Shown here piece after piece: positions 12,594-22,160 of a stretch of DNA of 64,000 bases. Position 1 is the stretch's first letter. Every line of letters begins with the position of its first letter. The stretch is from Eledone cirrhosa. Lineage: Eukaryota. A program made the translations under genes and the position numbers. The notes beneath the pieces were generated by a model. It ran no database searches and was not told the origin of the DNA. It saw only the letters and a program-made list of their open reading frames with translations. The stretch is taken from NCBI GenBank assembly GCA_964016885.1, contig OZ024740.1:351540001-351604000 (forward strand). Direction: 5' to 3'.

Positions 12594-13068
12594 TCTAAAC
12601 TATTATAAAGTAAGGAGTGCGGGACTGCGTCCAGAACATGTTTTTTTCTCCCATTTGTAAAATAAGTACGATTACTTTGAATAAATAATGAATGAATATT
12701 ACATAATTTATCTACTAAATTTCGCTATTCTTGATTAAATATAAATTTTGTTGGTTATATTAAGATTCACTTCTTTAAAACTTTCAAATGTCAACACTTC
12801 CGGTTAGCGATCGCTTAAATAAACATTCATATATATCCGTCACTAATTTTCTCCTAATGCAGTTTATATATAATATCGTCTTTTTTTAATGTATCATGGA
12901 TTATGTTACTGATTACATATGATAGTTTTCGTTCAATTTCTGAGTATATTGTCAATTACGATTTTATTTGATGTATCATATCTACATGTATATATACTTG
13001 CGTATAATATCAATATGTACACTACACATGCTAGCAGAAAACCACCTTAAGGGTGGTTTTTCTGCTAG
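12594..13068 (+). mobile_element. Non-autonomous Helitron (family B)
   Basis: 5' TCTAAACTATTATAAAG; 3' palindrome CTAGCAGAAAACC...GGTTTTTCTGCTAG; second copy at 30218-30847 (-). Confidence 0.7.
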
Positions 13069-13581
13069 CCAATCATAAACATTGATTGTCAGATAAATTA
13101 ACTATGGAGATATAAAAGATACAGAAGTGAAAACCAACCCAAACCAAACAGTGAGTGTGTTCTGTTTTTATTTCTGGCAATATTATAACAATATGACCCT
13201 CCCCAAGTATAACAATATATATATATATATCGATCATGGAATACCACAAGCTTACGTATTATATAAGTTGGATGGATGATTTCGGATTCATAGAAACATA
13301 TTCGATGTATTGCAGAATATCGTTCAACACGTCCAGGTCTGTTGTTTTACCTGATTAGTTCTTTCGTTGTTTTGGTATTGTATGGTTGGGTTTTGCCTAC
13401 CACAATTTTCAATTTGTCAAGCTTTTAAACGTAATGTTATTATGTCCTTAGACCTACCCTTATTGAGTGTTTTGCTACTCATTCCTTATTGTAGGTCGGC
13501 TTTGCTTGGCCGCAGCCAAAGCTTCGATTTTACTAAGCTTCCACTTGTATATAATATATATATATATATAATATATATATA

Positions 13582-14807
13582 TCATTATTTATAAAAGGCA
13601 GGTTGTTGTGTGTGTGTGTGTGTGCATGTTCCATGTTTATACATTTGCACAATTTCAAACCGATTCGACTCAAAGTCTGTAAAAATGTTGTAAATGGTCG
13701 AACTTAGGTCAACGACTATTTATCTCATTCAAACTCACCCATAATTACAGAAATAATCGATAAAACTAAATACATGACGTTTTACCCCTCTAATACAATC
13801 AGATTTCCTCTGTCTACTCCCCTTCATCAGAGAAAGTTGCAGCATGTATGTAGTTTTATCGAATTTTAAGGGGAGTAGAGAGAGGGGTAAAGCGTCATGT
13901 ATTTAGTTTTATCGATTATTTCCGTAATTTATGTGTGAGTTTGAATGAAATAATAGTCGTTGACCTAAGTTAGACCATTTACAACATTCTTACAGACTTT
14001 GAGTCGAATCGGTTTGAAATTGTGCAAATGTATAAACATGGAACATGCACACACACACACACAACAACAACAATCTGCCTTTTATAGATAATGATGATGA
14101 TGATTAAACTTACAAACTTTAAGAGAGAGAGAGAGAGAACGTTTGTTTTTGAGTGTGGAACGGTCAAACATTTATTTACTTCAATGACAAAGAGAACTTA
14201 TTACATTTCATACGAAACAACAATTATTCAAAAGCAACAGATAAATTTATTCAACAACAACAAAAAATAGCGATAAATCTTTTTAAAAACATCTATCAAC
14301 GAACGTGGAAGAAAGAAGTATCAGTTCATTTACTATACACAATAATATCCTCTATGAGGTCACTAAACCTACTAGGAACAGCAGCTAACTCTCCCCCATA
14401 TCACACCACTCCCTACTGTCTTAAATTTAGAAAACATATCCTCTATGAGGTCACTAAACCTGCTAGAAACAGCAGCTAACTCTCCCCCATATCACACCCC
14501 TCCCTACTGTCTTAAATTTAGAAAACACACATTAGAAAACCATGCAGAACAACTTCATCGCAGCTCTGTTGTTCGGCTGGCATCGTCTACGTGCGTGTTG
14601 CGCAAGTACTGTGAAACAATAAATTTCAACACTTCTTTGCAGAGATAATATCCATAGGCGAAACTACAATTGTCACTGCTGGTGCAGCTCCTGCTTCGGC
14701 AGTCCAGGGTCTGCAATTCATTCACCCAGTGCCTGGCAGACAAAAAAGTGCTGCCATAAAACTTTGGTAACTTACTGACCCTGAGCAACGCCGGGCTTTA
14801 ATGCTAG
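13582..14807 (+). mobile_element. Non-autonomous Helitron with inverted duplication of its 5' end
   Basis: 5' A|TCATTATTTATAAAAGG; 3' CCCTGAGCAACGCCGGG...CTAG|T; arms ~13582-13792 and ~13880-14094 are inverted. Confidence 0.65.
14346..14527. repeat. Tandem duplication, 2 x 91 bp
   Basis: atatcctctatgaggtcactaaacct...gtcttaaatttagaaaac occurs twice. Confidence 0.9.
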
Positions 14808-16059
14808 TATAATATATATATAATATATAATATATATGTTAGATTTTTTCACATATTAAACAATATTGGAGTAAGTTTCTATGCAGTCACAAAAATAACA
14901 GCCAAATCTCCCATACATCGTACCCTAAAAAGACAAATGATTGTATAATGTAGTTTGAGATAAGCTGACTGAACAGACATGATGATCATGGCTAGAATAC
15001 TTTTGATCATATGCCTTTTCTATCAAGGCTGACTTGGTTTTGAAACAATCACCTCATCATATTTCACTAAAGTAGGGCTGAGGGAAAGTATCCAAGGGAA
15101 GATCAATATAATAGGTTCTTTAGTGGTCTTTGAAAAATGCTTCTTTACATTGTCATTATGGTTGTATGTGTCCCCCTCTCCTTTATAACCCATTAATAAT
15201 TCAGAATGAACCAGGAGCAGCAGAATGAAAGCTGTTTCTTCATTATCTGATGGTTAGTTTATCCTTTACATTCAAAACAGGGTCATACGTTAGTAACTGA
15301 AAACAGTAAAAGAGACTTATTCTACAAATAAACCAAAGATCATTCTTTTTTTTATTTTTTCAATATATTCATTTTTAAAATTCAAAATGTTGTTCTTTTT
15401 TCCCCCACGAAAAGGCCATTGTGAAAAATGTTAAATATCATCTCTCCATGGAGAATATTTTTGTTTTTAATTATATGTAATCTCCACCACCACCACCGCC
15501 ATCGCCACTGCCGCTGCCGCCACCGTCATCATCATCATCATCATCATCATCATTTAATGTCCATTTTCCATGTTAGCATGGGTTAGACAGGCTGTCCCAT
15601 TAGAGGCAAGTTGCATCAGGTGACCATGTCTTGCTCATATAGAACTGTTTCTGGATATATTTCTATGCTGGATGCCCTTCCTAACGCCAACCACATTTAC
15701 AGTGTGTGCTTTTTGTCATGACACCCACATGACCACTTTACAGTGTGGGCTGTATATTTTCCAGAATATTATTTGCTTTATTTATATGTACAAAATGGTG
15801 TGTATTGCAAATGATATATGATACCCTCTCGCTATATGTAGCTTCTAAATTTGAATTATTGGTGCTCTGAACCAAGAGCCATTGAACTTATTTATTGAGA
15901 AACATGATTATCATATATATCAAATATGTATTGCTACCTTAATATAGTATATATATTATTACATATATAAATATATAAATATATATATATATATAAGGAA
16001 AAAAGATGAAATTGAAAATGCAATTGGAGTCTTTTTTTAAAAAATATATATTTATTTGG

Positions 16060-16103
16060 TTCCTTTACTGGTTTCGCAGTTCTTCTGCTTTTCAAAAGTA
16101 GAA
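16060..16103 (-). ncRNA. Minimal type I hammerhead motif (U3-A8 variant), Penelope-like
   Basis: Minus strand reads UUC-UA-CUU UUGAAAA GCAG-AAGAA-CUGC GAAA C-CA-GUA AAG-GAA. Confidence 0.7.
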
Positions 16104-16347
16104 TTGAGATGGAGGGTTTGTGGTTTTTCTCACATCTGGTTGGTCTTTGAATGTTACTTCTGTTTTATATGGAAAAAAGTGGTTCGAAATGCCAGGTTTT
16201 TAGAGAAGTAATTTGATTGGTTGGTAAATAAGTATAATAAATTTCGCGCCAGTTCGTGTTACAAAGTTCTTATTATATTTGCCTTCAAACAATATATATA
16301 TATCATCATCATCATCATCATCACCGTTTTACGTCCGTTCTTCCACG

Positions 16348-16380
<33 letters not shown>

Positions 16381-16533
16381 ATATAGAGGGGAAAGACACA
16401 GAAGAGTGTGTTTTTCTTTACAGGAATTTCAAACCACCAGCGTGAAGAGAATATAAGCTAATAGAGGCATAGGAAAAACATTAAAATTAAAAGTATAAAT
16501 TAAAATGAGAAGCCAAACCTCATACCTAGATCA

Positions 16534-16611
16534 CACATGTTCAAACTCACCATGCGATTGTTTCGCCATTTAAGTGGGCTCCAATTTGGCCCTGTGGGTC
16601 ATCAGCATGTG
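16534..16611 (-). ncRNA. Degenerate type I hammerhead motif
   Basis: Stem I CACAUG/CAUGUG, core CUGAUGA and GAAA, stem III present; 10.1-11.1 is a C-C mismatch and the triplet is GAA instead of GUA. Confidence 0.6.
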
Positions 16612-16864
16612 GAGAGACCGATATTGTCCGCACTACTAGAGAGAGAGAAGTATAGTAAACCACCTGTAGCACGTGTAGATAAGGGAAATACGTGCGCGAG
16701 GCAGTAACTTCATGCTGGTGGTTTGAAATTCCTGTAAAAAAAAACACACTCTTCTGTGTCTTTCCCCTTTATATATTGTATTTTAAAATGCCCAGGAAAA
16801 CTCTTCCCTTTGAGCTCATTTAATTACAGGATTATACGTGAGTCCTTTGCTCCGTTATTTTACT

Positions 16865-16899
<35 letters not shown>

Positions 16900-17439
16900 A
16901 ATGGAAGTTTAGTAAAATCGAAGTTTGGGCTGTGGCCAAGCTAACGATATACAATTAGGAATGTACAGCAAAGCACTCGATAAGGTTGTCACCTTAGAGT
17001 AATAACTGTTTCTACTTTTGGCATAAGGCCAACAATTATCCCAGTGTATTACTGGTACTTTATTTTATCGACCCCGTAAGGATGAAAGGCAAAGTTAACG
17101 TCGGTGGGGTTTGAACTCAGTCCGTAAAGGGACGTAACTGTGCTACAAAGCATGGCGCCCGACCCTCTACTGATACTGCCAATCCAACAGAGTAATAAAT
17201 GTTTCTACTTTTTGGCACAAGGCCAGAAATTATCAGTGCATTACTGGTACTTTATTTTATCGACCCTGTAAGGATGAAAGGCAAAGTTAATCCACCAGAG
17301 TAATAACATACGTTAGATAGCTTGACAAATTGAAAACTGCGGCAGGCAAGCCCAGCCACATAATACCAAAGCAGTAAAAAGTAAACAGAAATAACAACAC
17401 AATCGGTTCAGTATATGGAAGGGATATATTAGGTTAATG

Positions 17440-17490
17440 CTTGATATAGCAGGAAGAGCTTTTCGGACGCTAGTCCTTAATCAGAAGAAA
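17440..17490 (-). ncRNA. Degenerate hammerhead motif in Penelope-like mini-element (~16900-17540)
   Basis: CUU CUGAUUA A GGAC-UAGC-GUCC GAAA AGC...GCU AUAUC AAG; G8U lesion. The homologous element at ~13230-13548 has a decayed motif at the same relative position (13273-13309, +). Confidence 0.5.
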
Positions 17491-17739
17491 GAATGAGAAA
17501 TAAGATAGATTGAGGGGACGGGAGGTTTGGAATTGGATAAAATGGCTTTAGATAAAAATAACAGGTCCATTCATGTTGACATCTCTTGCAAAACTGTTGG
17601 TGCTGTGTATGAGATAGATACTATAATGATGATGATTATATTATCATTATAACGTGTAGATACATATACACATATAGTTATGTATATTTCATAAAATATA
17701 TATACACATATATGTGTGTGTATGTTTGTATACATTAAA

Positions 17740-18013
17740 ATGTACGCAACTTAAACTTAACTATTGAGAAAGAAAGTAGAGTTTATAATTCAGCTGAAAG
17801 CCCGTTGTTTATGAGTGGTCACATTCGGAGCTGCTCGTTTCTTAACAACTGCGTTCCTTCTCTCTCATACTTTATACTCTCTCTCCACTTTTGTATATTT
17901 CTCTGTCTCTACATCTCTCTTTCATACCTTTCACTGTCTTTTTCTCACTATGTTGATATTTATCTGTCAATCTCTCACTGCCTCTTTTCATAGTATTTTA
18001 GTAATCGTGTAAT
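17740..18013 (+). promoter_or_regulatory. Putative promoter / 5' UTR of the CERK-like gene
   Basis: Non-repetitive, CpG-containing stretch followed by a pyrimidine-rich leader directly upstream of the ATG; the TSS cannot be placed exactly. Confidence 0.45.
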
Positions 18014-18161
18014 ATGGCTGCCGATCAAAACATCTTGTTGTACGGAAACCTTGATGTTGATGGCCGGCGTAATGTTGTCCTTCTCACACCATACCATCTT
18101 AGTTGGGATTCAACTTCAAAAGCTGGGACTCCGGAGAGTCCGAATGTGGAAGTTATATCAT
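18014..18161 (+). CDS. CERK: Ceramide kinase-like gene, first coding exon (N-terminal PH-domain strands)
   Basis: ATG at 18014 opens MAADQNILLYGNLDVDGRRNVVLLTPYHLSWDSTSKAGTPESPNVEVIS, plus 1 nt, then donor T|GTAAGC. Phase 1 matches the acceptor at 59780 (T+CT = Ser). The pattern resembles the beta1-beta3 region of CERK/SPHK PH domains. Too short for the ORF track. Confidence 0.8.
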
Positions 18162-18189
18162 GTAAGCTTTCTTCGTCTATTCTTTATTA

Positions 18190-18221
<32 letters not shown>

Positions 18222-18434
18222 TAAAAATAAGTATTTATATATGCATAAAAATGTTTTACTTTTCTGCTAAGTATTTCTCGTAGTTCCTGGACCCTCACCC
18301 TAAGCCACGTATGTTTATTTCTAAAAAAATATTTCATTTAATGCTACCTGGTGGGATTGACTTTATATGATTCCCCTATCGATTAGTACATAAAAAAAAT
18401 TCTTTTAAAATCGGATATTCCAAAATAATGGGGA

Positions 18435-18467
<33 letters not shown>

Positions 18468-18561
18468 AGTCTCGGGTTCAATCGGAGATATCCACAGTAA
18501 GTAAGGTACTCAATACATTAGTAGAGTATATACGAAATTTAATATAGTAATATAGAAATAG

Positions 18562-18608
18562 CTTCTACAGGACTAGAACTGGTTCATTCGAAGGAAATCA
18601 TCAGGAAA
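18562..18608 (-). ncRNA. Degenerate type I hammerhead motif inside a fold-back element
   Basis: UUUC CUGAUGA UUUC-CUUC-GAAU GAAC CAG-UUCUAGUC-CUG UA GAAG; the opposite arm keeps GAAA but lacks CUGAUGA. Confidence 0.55.
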
Positions 18609-18714
18609 ACCCTTTCTTTCGAATGAAACAGTTCTAGTCCTGTAGAAGCCATTTCTATATTAAATTATATATATATAGTATTACTGATTTCAACTTATAT
18701 ATATATATATATAC

Positions 18715-18960
18715 ACAAACACTATTTTACTCGTTTCAGCGCATATTTACATGTGTGTGTATATATATACTCTTTCGCTGCTTGCAGCACATATATTTAT
18801 GTATACATATGTGTTAATATATTCTTTTAAACACCTTTTCACTGCTTTCCAGATGTATATTCCATAAACGTGTATATATACACTCTTTCACTGCTTGCAG
18901 CGCATATATTTATGTATACATATGTATGTATACACACTCTTTTACTGGTTTCACCATATA
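18715..18960. repeat. Diverged minisatellite, ~50-60 bp unit, about 5 copies
   Basis: Recurrent acactctttcactgcttgcagcgcatatatttatgt motif. Confidence 0.75.
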
Positions 18961-19129
18961 TATCTATATATATGTATGTACGTATATATATATTATATAA
19001 AGTATATATGTGTGTGTGTGTGTGTGTGTAATTGTATATCTAGCGATATACTGTATGTTTACAAATAAACACCTTCATTCTATCTCTGTATGTATGTATA
19101 TATATGTATACATACACACACACTTTTCA

Positions 19130-19175
<46 letters not shown>

Positions 19176-19496
19176 GTGCGTATATATGTACTTTTTACTA
19201 TGTTCAACATACACACATATATATAAGTTCTAGTTCAACCCCAGGACAGCTCTTATTTATTTTACTTATGAACAGTTCTTGCCATGACAATCCCATGTTT
19301 TCGTTTATGTGGGACTACATTGTTTAGAGTGTCCTTTTAAAGACGTTATGTCGGAATTCGAGTGACCACATAGACATCCTCGTTCTGTTTGTTCAGTATA
19401 GAGTCAGTAGAAAAAGAAATGCTTCCTGAAGTATTGAGTACTTTATTTTGTAAGCTTTTATCTTGTGAACAAAGACACAAAAATAATATGTATGTA

Positions 19497-19533
<37 letters not shown>

Positions 19534-19758
19534 ATATGTATGTATAACATTTTCTGTGTGTTTTAGTTTATATAAGTGTTTATGGCATCCCTCTCCGTTT
19601 TGTTTCCTGTTTTATTTTTAGTGTTTATTTTCCCTTTGACTCGTGATTATTTACTATACGATAGTCAGACAATGAAATCTGGATCAACCAAATAGACATA
19701 AATTCACTAGTTACTCAGTTTAAGTCATACAAATTCATACACATGGGTGTGTATATGC

Positions 19759-19789
<31 letters not shown>

Positions 19790-19813
19790 TGTGTATATAT
19801 ATATATATGTATC

Positions 19814-19845
<32 letters not shown>

Positions 19846-19924
19846 CTCCCATAAGTATGCTCATGCATGTTTCTTTCCTTTGTCATCTTCCTTTTGAGGT
19901 GTAGTGGTTTTGAGATCCATATTA

Positions 19925-22160
19925 ACTGCCTGTACTCGTGGTTTTCCTCTTCCGTGGCTTCCTTCTTCGGACTCATGCCACTTTTATCAATCACTCATAC
20001 GTTACGTTTTGTCGTTCACTGCCATGTAATATCGTACTTCCCATAGAGACATTATGCAATCTATCTTTCGCTCTGAGGGAGAACAACTTTGTTGCTAATA
20101 GAGGTAGTATATCCCCGAACTTTTTCCACCCACTTTCTTATTGTTACTGTGCTTTCAGGGAACCCTCTCCACTACTTATTAGATCATCTAGTTAACAAAA
20201 GCTATCAACTAGTCAGGGATTGGAAAGAGTTTATTTCACTGGTGCACTTATAAACAGCTAATCCTGTGCATCTGCCACATACAAAGTCCACCTTCTCTGT
20301 TAGTCTGTCTGCTATCCCACTACACTTTTTGTGTATTCACAGTTTACACTGGGTACACTACAGAGTTTTCTACCCACTGCTTTTCTACATATCAAGCACG
20401 GCAATTTTCCCTGATGTTATCAGATTCTTGACTTTCTTACTTTCTCTGAGTTTTTTTTTATATTTTACTCTAAGCCCTTATAATTCTAGCTTTTGGTTCC
20501 ACAACTAGAATTTCTTTTCTAGATCTTCTAGATTAGGCTATACGAAATAGGTCATCAGCATACAAGTTCCCATGAATAATTGGTCTTAAATTGCTCTGGA
20601 GCATTCGAATAAACAAGAGTTAATGACCATGCCTTGATGACCATCTGCTTCTACACTAAATTCTTCTCTGTAATCATTGCTAACTCTCACTTCACTGACA
20701 GCACCTTGTGCTGCTCTTATAGACCATTTGTCTATGCTTAGTTTTCTTACGACCCACTGGACTAGCGTGACAACGATCTCTAGATCAACAGATGCTAGGT
20801 ATAGTGGTTTACATTTGGAAAGAGACTTCTCTTCTAGTTATCTGACTAATAACAAGGCATCAATTGTACTCTGGCCTGGCACAAATCCAAACATCATCTC
20901 ATCTGTCTAACTCTTCCAAATCAGCTGTAATGACATTGATGCCAAGCTGTATTGGTCTATGTCTTTCTCTTGCACAACATTGACATAGAGAAGGATGAAT
21001 AGCATGCGTTAACAACTGCTGGTCTTTCACAAAATATCTTGTCTTGGAGAGGAATTTCCCAGGTGTAAACTTGAGGTCAGTTATGACTGAAGGATAGCCT
21101 TATGTCATGGCATTCATAGGGTATGCCACCTTCATGTATTACCTAGTTGACTGTGGGCGACTAGCTTAAGCTGTATTTCACCAGATATTTTCATCATCTT
21201 TGTGCCTATCTCAGATGGCTTAGCAGTTTTTCCAATCTTCATAACCTTAATGGCTTCTTTAATCATATAATTATTGACTTCAATAGCTGATCCCTCTGTT
21301 GTCTTCTGGGGACAAGAACCTCCTATTTATTCTCTACATTTAGCAACTTATAACATTTCCATGCCTCTCTCTTCTGAGCATCAGTAAGGCTAAATGCACC
21401 AATCATTCTTGACACATTTTCCCCCAACAATATCTCCATTAATGCTGACACCTGCCTAGTAATCTGGAACGCCTCATGCCTCTGATTATCACATTGTTGA
21501 ACATTGACAAATCTCTTGCTTTCAGCTTCTCTTTGTGCTATGTAAACTTGCGATTAACTACATGTTCTCTGCTGCTTCATTTCTTCCAGTCTTTCTAGAT
21601 CTGTCATTTAGCTATTATGGCTCCATCTACAGTACTATTGCAGCACTAAATCACCTTTCATCTGGCTGATACATTTCTCTAGTCATGTCTTGTCAATGGC
21701 ACACAATTGGTTGTCTCAGGGAAACTTCCAGTTGCCTGTTCTGTCATAGCCAATCTCTTTATCCTTGTCATATGCATGAACCTATATTTAGTTATAGAGT
21801 ATGTTAGTTTCCAAACTCCCCTCTAGATTGCTCTGTGTTTTTGAGTCTGTCTAGGTCTTGTTAGTTACTGTTCTATGTTGGGTTCTACATTCTTTCCTAG
21901 GAAAAGACTTAGTATTTATGACCATCTGCCTACCTTGTTTTCTTATGAGAAGTCAATCTGGTTTATGTTTATGTCAGAATGGAGTGATCAGAAGGCCAGT
22001 TGTTTTGCTGAAGTTAGTGTTGTAAATGGTTTGGCACAAAGCTTTGGGAGTCTTGAGCCTTTTTCATTTCTCAAACTATATGCTCAACTGCCATGTACCC
22101 CATAATAGCCATCCTTATACTGACTAACATGTCCATTAAAGTCACCAGCCATGAAGGCTA
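19925..22160 (-). mobile_element. Old degenerate RTE LINE (APE to RT C-terminus)
   Basis: Decayed AGDFNG (~22140), MFGFVPG (~20890), YADDL (~20555) and KKFG..LPLL (~20110) motifs on the minus strand. Confidence 0.8.

Noticed and set aside
19325-19372. TTTTAAA GAC-GTTAT-GTC GGAA, possible decayed hammerhead on +
   Set aside because: Several core positions are wrong and stems I and III are unconvincing; not supportable.
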